Shown here: positions 31,130-41,956 of the stretch, one piece after another
Numbering within the stretch: the first letter of the stretch is position 1
Layout: each line of letters opens with the position of its first letter
Origin: Sulfolobales archaeon HS-7
Lineage (GTDB): Archaea; Thermoproteota; Thermoprotei_A; Sulfolobales; Sulfolobaceae
NCBI GenBank assembly: GCA_019704295.1
Contig: AP024596.1
Span: 512,001 to 576,000, forward strand
Length of the DNA: 64,000 bases
Reading direction: 5' to 3'
Notes under the pieces: model-generated
What the model was told of the DNA's origin: nothing
What the model saw: only the letters and a program-made list of their open reading frames with translations
Databases searched by the model: none
Made by a program: the position numbers and the translations under genes

Positions 31130-32932
31130 TCACTTTCCTTTCGATCTCATTAAGGTATATGTCCTTATTAATTCAGCATGACTCCACACAAGAGGACATA
31201 CTGATGGATACTCCCCAGAAGGGGTCACCTGCTCCGGTAAAACTCCTGTAGGAAGGGCCTTATTCAAAACCCAATTCACTAAGTCTTGAGCACTATTCAG
31301 ATCGTCCTCTAAGATGTATTGCTGAGCTAACCATAAGGTAGTTATTATCCAGGGATTCGGTTTATCCTCCTTTCTGAGATACATGTCGTTCTCGTATCTT
31401 ACAATGCCCCCATTAACCTTAAGGGCTTCCTCAATCCTCTTCCTATTAGATATTACCCTTTCGTCTTTTGGTTCATATAACCCCAAAATTGAGGCTAGAA
31501 GAGTGCTCGCGTCAACGGTTTTATCTATGCTACCGTCTTCATTAATTGTTCTGGCAAAATGATCACCTACGTAAAATTTTGACGAGGCCTTCCTGATTCC
31601 CTCAGCTGCCTGCCTATATCTTTCAGCTACAGCGTCTTCTCCAAAAAACTGTGCAAAGTTTGCTGCAGCGCTTAGACCTGCATAAACCGCGGCTGTTGTA
31701 TAAAGGTGAGTTCCTTTTCTTTCCTCCCATAGGTCATATGAGGGAAGGGGTAATAAAGAGTCCTCATCAATAAATGATGTCATAAAGTTCGCAGCAGACT
31801 TTATTAGACCGCTATATAGAGGCTTAATAAAGTATATATCCCAGAAGGTTTTGAAGTGTTCCCAGGCTAAATAAACGATCATCGCAGTTTCGTCCTCCTG
31901 AATTGGAATATGTTTAGTTGTCCACGGATGCCAAGTACTCCCCCAATTTCCATCAGCTGTGTACTTCTGGAAGAGAAAACCGTTGTAAAGGAGTTGCTTA
32001 GTGAACAAAAGGAAATTCCTTACGTGATCCTCGTACTTTAGGGCTGTTAACGCTAATCCAGCGAAAGCTGCGTCTCTATGCCAAACGTAGTTGTATGTAT
32101 CCCTGTTAAATCGCATTATGTCTGTATCTAGAGCCGCTGTTATAGCTCCGTTATTTTGCCAGTGAGCCGTTATTATAAGGAGACTCCTCCTTATCCAATC
32201 CTCCTCTCCTTTAGCCTTGACTAACCATGCCCGCCAGTAATCCTCTGTTCTCTTAATTAAACCGCTAATGGTTTTATCTTCGATGTATTTGTTAAGTCGT
32301 ATCAGCTCGGGATAATTTTTTCCAGCTAATAACAAACATTGAAAAGAGTCGGAAAAAGGTACCTGTATCCCCACTGCAGAATCGACCGATCCTTGAGCTA
32401 CTGGATTCCCCGACAGTTTGCCGTCCTCACAGTCCTTCCAAGTTCCCTGTAACCCGTTTATTTCCTTGTATCCAGTTGCTAACTCAGAGAAGGGTCGAGT
32501 GCACTTATACATAAACCATTTGTCGCGCTTATAGTGAATCATTCCTCCTGTCTTAAAGTCGACTAGTGCAGTATCTCCTATGTTATTTCCCATAATATTA
32601 AAGTCCATAGTGAAGAATACCTTTACTTCTGAAGGAGAAGAAATACTTACATTCCTAAGCATAGCGTCAGCATGTATATCAACTGCGTCTGATATCTTTA
32701 CTTTAACTTGATCAAACTCTGCCTCCATTGTTGAGGAAAGTGTGTCCTCTTGGTAAGCTACTTTTGGTTGAAGATCATGAACCCACGCAAACTTCCCGTC
32801 CTTGAATATGCCTATTAGTGATTTAACTAGGTGATTATCTGTCGGCAGGGGATAGTATAACTCACGCATTCTATATTTGGAGTCAAAAAGTACAGTTAAT
32901 GAGCCATTTCCTAAAATTATTGATCTAGTCAT
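31130..32932 (-). CDS. GH15 glucoamylase/oligosaccharide amylase
   Basis: YNYVWHRDAA, WHPW..PIQEDET, DLWEER, LPEQV, PLVWSHA. Confidence 0.9.
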   Translation of the reverse strand: MTRSIILGNGSLTVLFDSKYRMRELYYPLPTDNHLVKSLIGIFKDGKFAWVHDLQPKVAYQEDTLSSTMEAEFDQVKVKISDAVDIHADAMLRNVSISSPSEVKVFFTMDFNIMGNNIGDTALVDFKTGGMIHYKRDKWFMYKCTRPFSELATGYKEINGLQGTWKDCEDGKLSGNPVAQGSVDSAVGIQVPFSDSFQCLLLAGKNYPELIRLNKYIEDKTISGLIKRTEDYWRAWLVKAKGEEDWIRRSLLIITAHWQNNGAITAALDTDIMRFNRDTYNYVWHRDAAFAGLALTALKYEDHVRNFLLFTKQLLYNGFLFQKYTADGNWGSTWHPWTTKHIPIQEDETAMIVYLAWEHFKTFWDIYFIKPLYSGLIKSAANFMTSFIDEDSLLPLPSYDLWEERKGTHLYTTAAVYAGLSAAANFAQFFGEDAVAERYRQAAEGIRKASSKFYVGDHFARTINEDGSIDKTVDASTLLASILGLYEPKDERVISNRKRIEEALKVNGGIVRYENDMYLRKEDKPNPWIITTLWLAQQYILEDDLNSAQDLVNWVLNKALPTGVLPEQVTPSGEYPSVCPLVWSHAELIRTYTLMRSKGK

Positions 32933-33468
32933 ATTTTCACATCCATAATTAAAAATAATACAAATAAGAATTTATTTGAAAATTTTACACTATTTTTCAT
33001 AGTTTTCATACTTAGTAAATTGTTTTCTAATTTCCCATATATTACGTCACTAAGGACTCTTATAGGTCTCCAGGCACGAAAATCAAAAATTCTAATCGTA
33101 AAGTTTTCGAAATTCACCTTACATTCTCGTTAATAGCATTTGTAATTCTTTATTAAAAGTATTTGACTATATTCTACTTTGATAAGGTAATGAAAAGGCA
33201 ATTTCTTCACGTTTAAGAGAAACCTTTCTCCACAATAAAGAAAAACCTTTCCAGAATCTTTTCTGAAATTTTTACAGTACTTTTTACAAATTTTTACATA
33301 TAACTGACGTTAACAGATGTCATAATAGCCTTATTGGAATCTAGGCCTACATTAATCCATTTTTAGTGAGTGAGTGAAATTGATGAGTTTTCTACTATGC
33401 TAATTTGAATTTGGAGAGGAGTCTGGAATAACCATTACGTATATGAGGAATTTAACGGAGAAAATCAA

Positions 33469-33876
33469 CTACTGTCTCTCCTTCACTGCGTTTAAGATCC
33501 TTGAAAGGGCATGTTCGGTTCCTAATTTAAAGTGGCTTTCTATCCTTGCGCGAAATAATGATAGTATCGGACTTAGTTTTATATCCCATTCACTTACTAC
33601 TTCGTTAGGTAAAACGGACACGGTGTTAACTCCTGTGAAGGCACCGGAAAGAAAGTTCCATTGTTCGACGTAATCGTAAATGACTATTTTTATTTTTCCG
33701 CTGGACGGAAACGCAAATCTAATTTCTCCCTCATACACATTATCCTTCTTTATAACGTCTAGGTTTCTTATTCCTTTCCAATACTTCGGTGCAGCCTGCA
33801 CATCAGACACTATTTCCCAAACTTTGTTCATTTCCCCATCGTAGTTCATAGACACCTTAAAACTTACCTTTCTCAT
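33469..33876 (-). CDS. SRPBCC/polyketide cyclase-like (START-fold) protein
   Basis: VWEIVSDVQAAPKYW N-terminal signature and C-terminal helix. Confidence 0.75.
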   Translation of the reverse strand: MRKVSFKVSMNYDGEMNKVWEIVSDVQAAPKYWKGIRNLDVIKKDNVYEGEIRFAFPSSGKIKIVIYDYVEQWNFLSGAFTGVNTVSVLPNEVVSEWDIKLSPILSLFRARIESHFKLGTEHALSRILNAVKERQ

Positions 33877-33905
33877 GTTCCCCCTCCCGCTGAAAATCCT
33901 TCACC

Positions 33906-34364
33906 TCATCTGGATTTGATGAAAGGAGGGGGATTTTTGGTAAATTTATAATACCTATATAAAAGAATTATTATTCCAACTTGACCCCAGTCAAATTGCA
34001 GTGCAGCAGTACCGTTGTATTTTATATAAATAAATAGAGGAATAGGAAACATAATAGGATGCCAGGTTTCAGCAATTGCGTAGTAATTAAGGTAATTTAA
34101 AATAATCATGGAAAGACCAGAGCTTTCAATAAAGAGATTACCGACGAAACTATCGGATGAGAAGTAAAGTATCGAAGTAATTATGAAAATTATCAAACTG
34201 ACGAATACAGAAAACGATAATCCTACCGGTGCTTTCAAATGGTATTCCGCAATAAAGGCAGCTTCAGAACTTGGAGCAAACGGATATAGAGATAGGGATA
34301 TAGCGAACAATAATAAGGACATCCCAACTACGTATTCATAATACTGCTTTAAGGTATGGCTCAT
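33906..34364 (-). CDS. hypothetical membrane protein
   Basis: about 4 hydrophobic segments; same strand as and close to the SRPBCC gene. Confidence 0.65.
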   Translation of the reverse strand: MSHTLKQYYEYVVGMSLLLFAISLSLYPFAPSSEAAFIAEYHLKAPVGLSFSVFVSLIIFIITSILYFSSDSFVGNLFIESSGLSMIILNYLNYYAIAETWHPIMFPIPLFIYIKYNGTAALQFDWGQVGIIILLYRYYKFTKNPPPFIKSR

Positions 34365-34678
34365 GTAACCTATCGCCCAAAAATAAGGTTTGTTTCACGT
34401 AGTATACAGTTTATTAAAAGTGTATTTAACTTAAAGGAAAATCGTGTTCTCATCGTTTTCATTCGTCTTATTATTATTAACATAATAAGCGAATATTCAG
34501 CTATTCCACTACACAATTGATAAATTGCGACAACTCTTGCGTGGGTGATATTTCCCATCCAAAATACCTTACCCTCTTCTAGTAAAAAATATTTCCATAG
34601 CATTGAATCTAGGACAAATTAGTCTAATGGGTTCCAAATTTGCATATCATTTCATGATTTTTAATCTAACGCATTGCA

Positions 34679-35476
34679 TCACAGTAGGTCGTGAATCAGG
34701 ACCGTCAAGTGGATCATCTCCTCTTAACCCTGTTTATGGTCCACCCTGTCCTCCTTGGAGGAGATCAGGGACTCTGCCTTCTCACACTTGACTCTTTCAT
34801 TCCAGCGGGCTCATGAACCTCAATATTATCTCCACCTTCTCCCTCCTTTCCGCGTGGCGTTAGACTTAGGTGTAATAGACCTTGAAATCAGCGAAAGTCA
34901 TAAAGTGTAGACTTGGCGTAGTGTTTGTCAACCCTCAATGAGTCCGCTTCCACGCTTAGAACCCTCAGGATCCCGAGGGCCTCGTAACTCTCTCCATCTC
35001 AAGAGAGAGTAACTAAACGATCAAGTTACTGCCCAAATCAAAGATGAAGCAGGTGCACCGTCACGAAGTCCTTCCCTTCCTTCACCTCTTCCCAAGACTT
35101 CTCCCCTTTATTCAGTAATGCTTACTAGGGAATAGCTTGTCCCGTCCATGATCATCTCAACCTTGAGGCCGTTAACGCCCTTTGAGAGCATGTTGCGGAG
35201 AATGACGAAGACGTCGGAGTCGGATAAGTCTCTCAGCCGTCTTCTAGCTTATCTCCTCCTTTACCAGTGACGCCAGTTCTGCGATTTCCCTGCTGGCTTA
35301 GGTATTCCTTGATTATCAGTACGCCGTGTAAGGTCAACTTGCTTTTCCTCCCTTGCTCTCCCATGTCTTCACTAACTTCCCTTCATCTATGTCCCGCCTT
35401 AACTCTTGACCTAACCTCCTTAATCCATTGACTCCTTGAAATCCTCGAAGTTCTTCTGAGCTAACTTCTCATTCAC
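34679..35476 (-). pseudogene. fragmented DDE transposase, ISNCY/ISA1214-like
   Basis: manual translation across frames gives, in order, EEIS*KTAERL, DGTSYSL, DSLRVDKHY, PKSNATRKGGRRW, RRTGWTI, VLIHDLL*, matching the remembered ISA1214-type motif order; many stops and frameshifts. Confidence 0.75.
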
Positions 35477-35877
35477 ATGTTCGTAATATAAAACAAGCAG
35501 TTCTAAAGTTTTTGTCCCGAAGTCCATAACATCTCTACGTATTTATCTTCTTTACCTCACGTTATTTATCTTAATTTTCCACTATTGCAAGAAACGTGAT
35601 ATTACTTCTTCTGGTTTTACGTTATTAGCGTTAACAGATCCTAGAATGACCTATATGTGCACCGTCTCCCAAATACTAGGGTGTCATGCAATATTCCCCA
35701 AAGTGTTATTGGAGATTTTAAATACCACCAAAAGCTCATTCAAACAGCTATTATCGCTAGTTACGTAAAGGTTAGGAAAGCGATTTATTTTTGAACGCAC
35801 AATGTTCACGCATAAGCTCTACGCTATTCAGTCAAACGAACCGTATCAGAGAATGTAGTATCGAATATAGGAATTTT

Positions 35878-36696
35878 TTATATTATTACCTCTAGTAAGA
35901 CTTTTATAGTTGAATTATTATCTAACTTTAGTATACATTCATAATAATCCTCTTTTAATTCTACTAAACCGAAATTCACTGTGATACTATTTATTCCTGC
36001 AACTAATATGTTTGGAGAGACTCTATTAGGAGAGACAGTAAGCCCTAACTGTTCTATTACTGCCTCATTAATTTTTACTCCGCTTACATTAGAGTAAATA
36101 TTGAACATTGCCACTCCATTTGATCTTAATATGGCCCGTCCGCTCTGATATATAACGTCTGAATTTTTCTGTTGAATTATTGGATGTTTAGAATTCTTCA
36201 TCACTGGTAAGAGTTCCCCAGGGGTCACTAAAAACACCATCATCCATCCGACAAACCATATTAACGGTATGGCACAGATAATTAAAGCAAGGTTTAAATA
36301 TGCATTCTGTCGCATGTTAAGATTTACGTAAAAAGTCGAGGCAATTAATGCGTAGCCACATGAGAGGACAATTGCGCTTGCGATGTAAAGGGGATTTGTA
36401 AGTATTTGAACATAATCCTGTTTTAACAAAATTAAAGTACTAACTGTGGTGATGATTAGTAGACCAATTACTATTACTGAAAGAGAAACAACTACTAAAC
36501 CCTTATTGAAATATTGTGAAATGTCCTTAAAGCGAAAAATAATAAATACGAACAAAAAAATCAACCCCGCTATTACTGAAATACCTATTTGCTTAAAGAA
36601 GAGGGCGGCGGAACTTAGCAGAGTGGCCAAGAAAAGCGCAAGCGAAAAGTTCTTTATTAAACCGAGTATCCCCTCATTATTCGTTCCTTTCTCCAT
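35878..36696 (-). CDS. DUF973-like membrane protein
   Basis: N-terminal TM bundle plus C-terminal beta-rich domain (VIYQSG..LRSNG...LVAGINSITVNFG) typical of this Sulfolobales family. Confidence 0.7.
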   Translation of the reverse strand: MEKGTNNEGILGLIKNFSLALFLATLLSSAALFFKQIGISVIAGLIFLFVFIIFRFKDISQYFNKGLVVVSLSVIVIGLLIITTVSTLILLKQDYVQILTNPLYIASAIVLSCGYALIASTFYVNLNMRQNAYLNLALIICAIPLIWFVGWMMVFLVTPGELLPVMKNSKHPIIQQKNSDVIYQSGRAILRSNGVAMFNIYSNVSGVKINEAVIEQLGLTVSPNRVSPNILVAGINSITVNFGLVELKEDYYECILKLDNNSTIKVLLEVII

Positions 36697-36782
36697 AATA
36701 ACTATCTATGGTCATATTCGGTTTTTAAAATTCCTTGTTATGATTTGCAAAGGTTAAATAAAAAAATTTAACTATAAATATA

Positions 36783-38762
36783 TTATCTTCTTCTAAGTAA
36801 TAATACCACAGCCGCTACAACTATTACAACTATAATAACCGCAATAACTGAGTACAGTAGAGTGGGTGGAACGCTAGTTGTGGTTGTAACTGTAGAAGGT
36901 GGAGTTGTTGTAGTTGTGACTGGAGGGGTTGTTGTGGTAGTAACGGATACTGGCGTAAATAAGCTATATGATAATCCGACTTGTAATAAGGCCGTCCCTC
37001 CTATTCCATAAAGTTCCTCTTGATATATCCAGGAGTTCGCAGGAGGTGCTACTATGTCCTTAGAGTTGTATACGAAGAACGCGTTCTCCTTAACTAGCGG
37101 TATTATTGGTATGAAGTAATTCATAGCGTATGCGATTTGATCGTTTGCCGATATAAGTTGTTGAGTTGAATTTGGTGATGAAGTCTCCTGATACAACTTA
37201 GTCAAATTATATGTTGTCCCGTTGGGTAACGTCACTAAATGATTCCATTGCGTCACGTTAAAGGGATATCCTCCTAGATAACTTAGTGGAAGCCCCCAAT
37301 CAACGGTCCCTGGGAAGTAACCTCCCCAGTTCTGTAAGACCATATCATAACCCTTCCCAGTATCATACATCTCATGATTGGTAGATGTAGTCGTGGAAAC
37401 AAAGTAGGTAGTTTTTATTCCAAATGACGTTAGTTCGTTAGTAATTATGTCCATCATGTTTGTAACTCCAGGTCCAGGGGAGAAAGGTACCATTATGTTT
37501 AACGTGAATTCGGAACCATTAGGTGCATACCACTCCCCGTTCGAGAAGGTGAAGCCGGCTTTTTCCAATAGTACCTTCGCTAAGGATAGATTGACGTTAT
37601 AGTGATTTAAATTAGATACTGCAGGAGTCATAAACTCCTGGAAATAGGTAAAGTTCGGTATACCGTTAGGCGTGTTAACAGGAGAGTACTTTATGCCTCC
37701 TGCAAGAGCTATCGCCGTTCTATTTAATACATAAGCTATTGCTTGCCTTACGTAAACACTATCTAGTAACGGATCCTTAAGGTTGTAATAAAGTGCATAC
37801 CCTCCTGGTTGCGGTATCCTAACTATATTATAGTAACTTGGTAAACTTGTCAAGATTGAGGATGGAGGAGAGTAAACTGCAGAGTAATCCAAAGATATTT
37901 GTCCGGACTCCAGTGCTGCTTCTGCAGTAGACGCTGAAGTATATTGATACACGACCGCTTGACTAAACGGTATCTGGTTAGCCGCGTAATAGTATGGGTT
38001 CTTATCTAATATTATTTCACTCGGAGTGATTTGTGCTACGTAGAACGGACCGTTATAATCTCCAGCTAGGCTTCCAGTAGGCTTATAACTGTGAATTATA
38101 CTTCTGAAGTCCTTTGTAGGAATCTTTCCTGACTGAAGCGCTGACCAGTTACCTATTATCTCGTTTATTATAGGTTTCCACTCGTTATATGGAATTATTA
38201 CAGCTACTTCTCCCAAACCTACGGTACACATTAATCTAAATGGCATATTATATGGGGATTCACTACCCTTGGGATAAGAAAAGACAACCGTATAGTTATT
38301 TATAACTGTAATATTCGCAAAAGGCGGAGCTCCATACATATCGAGAACATAGCATGTAGCTGCAATATCCCATGCTGTAACTGGAGTTCCGTCGGCCCAA
38401 CCTGAATCGTTTCTTATCGTATATGTGACGTTAACTGTTTGATTCTGCCAGACCTGCATCCAGTTAGCTGGCGAGAAAGACCAGTTCACTATCAACCCTG
38501 GAAGCATTTGCCCATTTGAAACGTTAAGAACCCCAGAATATGCGTAAACTATACCGTAAAAATCGCCTCCTAATCCCCCCGAAAATATGTTGGGATTATA
38601 CGTCGAGAGACTTTGAAATGCCGTAGATTCGACGAACGGAATGTATAATATATTATTTCCTTGAGCAGAGAGCAACGGTGTAAACGCGCCTAGCGAAAGC
38701 AATACTATAACGGCCAAAATAGAGAGCAGGGGTATAGATTTAACTATATTTTTCACATTCAT
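36783..38762 (-). CDS. family-5 ABC substrate-binding protein (oligopeptide or oligosaccharide)
   Basis: signal peptide, WADGTPVTAWD, NGPFYV, VRQAIAYVLNR, Thr/Pro linker and C-terminal TM ending in RRR. Confidence 0.92.
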   Translation of the reverse strand: MNVKNIVKSIPLLSILAVIVLLSLGAFTPLLSAQGNNILYIPFVESTAFQSLSTYNPNIFSGGLGGDFYGIVYAYSGVLNVSNGQMLPGLIVNWSFSPANWMQVWQNQTVNVTYTIRNDSGWADGTPVTAWDIAATCYVLDMYGAPPFANITVINNYTVVFSYPKGSESPYNMPFRLMCTVGLGEVAVIIPYNEWKPIINEIIGNWSALQSGKIPTKDFRSIIHSYKPTGSLAGDYNGPFYVAQITPSEIILDKNPYYYAANQIPFSQAVVYQYTSASTAEAALESGQISLDYSAVYSPPSSILTSLPSYYNIVRIPQPGGYALYYNLKDPLLDSVYVRQAIAYVLNRTAIALAGGIKYSPVNTPNGIPNFTYFQEFMTPAVSNLNHYNVNLSLAKVLLEKAGFTFSNGEWYAPNGSEFTLNIMVPFSPGPGVTNMMDIITNELTSFGIKTTYFVSTTTSTNHEMYDTGKGYDMVLQNWGGYFPGTVDWGLPLSYLGGYPFNVTQWNHLVTLPNGTTYNLTKLYQETSSPNSTQQLISANDQIAYAMNYFIPIIPLVKENAFFVYNSKDIVAPPANSWIYQEELYGIGGTALLQVGLSYSLFTPVSVTTTTTPPVTTTTTPPSTVTTTTSVPPTLLYSVIAVIIVVIVVAAVVLLLRRR

Positions 38763-39005
38763 GTTGATAAGAAACTACGTAAGGATGAATTTAAACCTTT
38801 TGCAAAGTATAGAACCGTGTATACAGTTTTAATCCTAAATTACTGAATGGAACTATTCTTCGGAAACTTCCAGATATGCTATGACTATTGACTATTAGTA
38901 CTAAAAGTATCTTGCTTACATTAAAAATTATAGAATTTAATAACTTAAGTTATTGTATACCGTTTTGTAGAAGTTTTATAACTGCATAAATCATTATAGT
39001 ACCAT

Positions 39006-40001
39006 ATGAGAAGTTTATGGCTAATAAGAAGAGTAGCTATGGCGTTTATTACTGTATTAGTGACGATTATAATTAGCTGGGCCCTAATGGAATATTCACC
39101 TGAGTCGCCAGCTAATACCCTTCTTAATAATTTAAGGGTAACCGAATACTCTAATCCACGTCTCCTGATAGAGATGGAACAATACTTAAATACGTTAAGA
39201 CCTCACGGAAATCCTGTAGTAAATGCTCTCGAGTATATTTGGCAAATACTCCACGGAAACATGGGACTAGATGTAATATCGCAGATTCCAGTAACCAAAA
39301 TTATTGCGACTGCGATTCCATGGACGATTTTCATAGTATCTACCTCCCTTTTAATAAGTTTCGTCATTGGTATAAGGGTAGGACAATTTATGGGATATAA
39401 GAGGGGGACTAAGAGTGATTCGACCCTAACGATGCTATTTACGGTTATTAGATCTATCCCGATTTACATTTCGGGCGCTCTCCTCTTATTCATACTTGGA
39501 TATCAAATGAGACTGTTCCCGTCAGGCGGAGCGTATTCCGCTACGGTACAAGTAGGCCTGAATCTCCCATTTATAGAGAGTGTACTGTATCACTCCATAC
39601 TTCCTATAGCGACTTTAACTTTGGCAAATTTAGGTGGATGGGCGCTTCATATGCGGGCTAATACTATATACACATTAGGAGAGGATTACGTTACATATGC
39701 GGAGCTAAGGGGAATAACGAGTAGACAGATAGAGACTAAGTACGTGGGGAGAAACGCATTACTTCCACTTTACACAAGCTTGGTTATCGCAATTGGATTT
39801 TCCTTTGGAGGGTCGGTTTTCGTTGAACAAATCTTCAGTTATCCAGGAATAGGAAACCTTCTTTACTACTCTATAACGAACAACGATTATACATTGGAAA
39901 TGGGAATATTTATAATCCTCATCACGGCGGTAGTGATTGGTGTCCTATTAGCAGATCTGACGTATAGTTTGATAGACCCTAGAGTCAAAACTGGAGATTA
40001 G
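39006..40001 (+). CDS. ABC importer permease, DppB-like
   Basis: EDYVTYAELRG EAA loop, RNALLP, VEQIFSYPGIG, IDPRV. Confidence 0.93.
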   Translation: MRSLWLIRRVAMAFITVLVTIIISWALMEYSPESPANTLLNNLRVTEYSNPRLLIEMEQYLNTLRPHGNPVVNALEYIWQILHGNMGLDVISQIPVTKIIATAIPWTIFIVSTSLLISFVIGIRVGQFMGYKRGTKSDSTLTMLFTVIRSIPIYISGALLLFILGYQMRLFPSGGAYSATVQVGLNLPFIESVLYHSILPIATLTLANLGGWALHMRANTIYTLGEDYVTYAELRGITSRQIETKYVGRNALLPLYTSLVIAIGFSFGGSVFVEQIFSYPGIGNLLYYSITNNDYTLEMGIFIILITAVVIGVLLADLTYSLIDPRVKTGD

Positions 40002-40979
40002 GTGAGTGAAATAAACACCGCCTTATCAGTAGAGGACTTATCAGTGGTATACCGAACACAGGGCGTAGACATTGCAGCATTAAAGGATATTACGTTTAAT
40101 GTAAACGACGGAGAGATATTTGGAATAATAGGCGAGAGCGGTTCTGGGAAGAGCACGTTAGCTAAGGCAATTCTAAGGAACATAAAGCCCCCAGGATTCA
40201 TAACAGGAGAACCTAGAATTTTTTGTTATGGCAGGAATATAATCTCTATGAGTCAGAGGGAATTTAGGGAAAAAATCTTATGGCAATTAATAAGTTATGT
40301 TCCCCAATCGAGCCTAAACTCATTGAACGGGACAATGAGAATTATAGATCACTTTTACGATACAGCTACATCTCACGGTATATCAAAGGAAAAAATAAGG
40401 GAAAAGGCTTTAGAACTATTGAAAATGGTAAGGCTGGAACCGGAGAAAGTAGCGGTTATGTACCCCCATCAATTAAGTGGGGGAATGCGACAAAGGGTAT
40501 TAATAGCATTGAGTCTATTGCTTAATCCTAAACTGGTAATTATGGACGAGGCGGTAAGCGCCCTTGACGTTGCGACGCAAAAGCATATTTTAGACATAAT
40601 AAAGGACCTCAACAAAAGCATGGGAATAACTGTAATTTTTATCACGCATGATATAGCAATTGCAGCATATTTAACACATACTATAATGGTTCTCTATGCA
40701 GGGGAAATAATGGAAATCGGGAAAACTGAGAGGATAATAAAGTCTCCATATCATCCTTATTCTGTATCGCTTATGTCCTCTGTGCCCTCTATAAGAGGTT
40801 CTTTAGAAGGAGTTCGTGTGGTAAAGGAGGGTTATCCAAGTCGAGTAGGATGTCCATTTAACACTAGGTGCGAGTACACCTCAGATATTTGCTTTAAAAA
40901 TCACCCCGAATTATACGAAATAAATTCAGATTACGTGAGGTGCTTTAATTACGCCACAAATAAGCCTAAGGGAAGTTGA
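40002..40979 (+). CDS. ABC importer ATPase, DppD-like
   Basis: GESGSGKS, YPHQLSGGMRQR, HPY, C-terminal Cys cluster. Confidence 0.95.
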   Translation: MSEINTALSVEDLSVVYRTQGVDIAALKDITFNVNDGEIFGIIGESGSGKSTLAKAILRNIKPPGFITGEPRIFCYGRNIISMSQREFREKILWQLISYVPQSSLNSLNGTMRIIDHFYDTATSHGISKEKIREKALELLKMVRLEPEKVAVMYPHQLSGGMRQRVLIALSLLLNPKLVIMDEAVSALDVATQKHILDIIKDLNKSMGITVIFITHDIAIAAYLTHTIMVLYAGEIMEIGKTERIIKSPYHPYSVSLMSSVPSIRGSLEGVRVVKEGYPSRVGCPFNTRCEYTSDICFKNHPELYEINSDYVRCFNYATNKPKGS

Positions 40980-41913
40980 CGTTAGATATAAGTCAGGTTT
41001 TATCAATAAGCACTACTTTTACGCAATGAAAAAAATTAACTTAGATATAAACGAAGGTGAATCACTCGCTATTATCGGCGAGAGTGGAGCAGGGAAAACC
41101 ACATTAGGCCGAGTATTAGTGGGTCTACAGAGACCTGATGCTGGGGAATACCTTTACGATAACATCAACGTTTGGAAAAACAGAAGGGCAATGAAGCGAT
41201 TGAGAAAAGAAGTACAGTACATTTATCAAGATCCTATCTCGTCGCTAAATCCGTCAAAGACAATATACGAATCGATGTCGTTCCCATTGAGAAAACAAGG
41301 CCTTAGAGGAGACGCGTTAAGAGAAAGAGTCTCCGAACTTCTTAAAGAGGTAGGACTAAACGCTGGGGAAGTTGAAAGCAGATACCCAAGCCAACTTTCT
41401 GGAGGTCAGCTGCAGAGGGTTAACATTGCCAGGGCCCTATCGGTTAACCCACGTGTACTGATCGCTGACGAACCGGTAACTATGCTTGATGCGTCTTACA
41501 GAATAGGTATAATTGACCTTTTAGTTCGACTAAAAAAAGAGAGGAATTTAACCCTTGTATTTATAACACATGATCTAGCGATATCTCGGTATTTAGACTA
41601 TAGAATATCAGGAGTCAGGGGTATTGTAATGTATGGGGGGATTATTGTAGAACGAGGGGATTTAAACTCCTTGATAAAAAACCCAAGGCATCCATATTCC
41701 CAATACCTTGTAAACTCGACTATCGATATAGTTAATGATGGTGAATTGCAAAGCGTAAGTAAAAGTAACGTTGAAAATATTACGCGTGCGGAAATTGGAT
41801 GTCCTTACTCTACACATTGTCCATTCGTTATGGAGAAGTGTAAAGAGAAAGAACCACTATTAATGAAAATAGAGGAAAATAGAGAAGTTGCATGTTATAT
41901 TTACGGTGGATAA
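40951..41913 (+). CDS. ABC importer ATPase, DppF-like (ORF-track start 41026; N-terminus probably extends to ~40951)
   Basis: GESGAGKT, YPSQLSGGQ, DEP, HPY, Cys cluster; upstream in-frame QISLREVDVRYK. Confidence 0.9.
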   Translation, partial: TPQISLREVDVRYKSGFINKHYFYAMKKINLDINEGESLAIIGESGAGKTTLGRVLVGLQRPDAGEYLYDNINVWKNRRAMKRLRKEVQYIYQDPISSLNPSKTIYESMSFPLRKQGLRGDALRERVSELLKEVGLNAGEVESRYPSQLSGGQLQRVNIARALSVNPRVLIADEPVTMLDASYRIGIIDLLVRLKKERNLTLVFITHDLAISRYLDYRISGVRGIVMYGGIIVERGDLNSLIKNPRHPYSQYLVNSTIDIVNDGELQSVSKSNVENITRAEIGCPYSTHCPFVMEKCKEKEPLLMKIEENREVACYIYGG

Positions 41914-41956
41914 AGGTAAGAGTGTCCTCTTATGTGTAAAGCTGAACACTGCTTCA

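Noticed and set aside
32929-33460. AT-rich gap with loosely similar AAATTTT-ACA-TTTTT stretches and a 62-aa ORF
   Set aside because: low complexity; repeats too degenerate to call operators or a gene
34370-34791. ORFs 34370..34603 and 34603..34791
   Set aside because: no recognisable features; the second is partly the antisense of the transposase remnant
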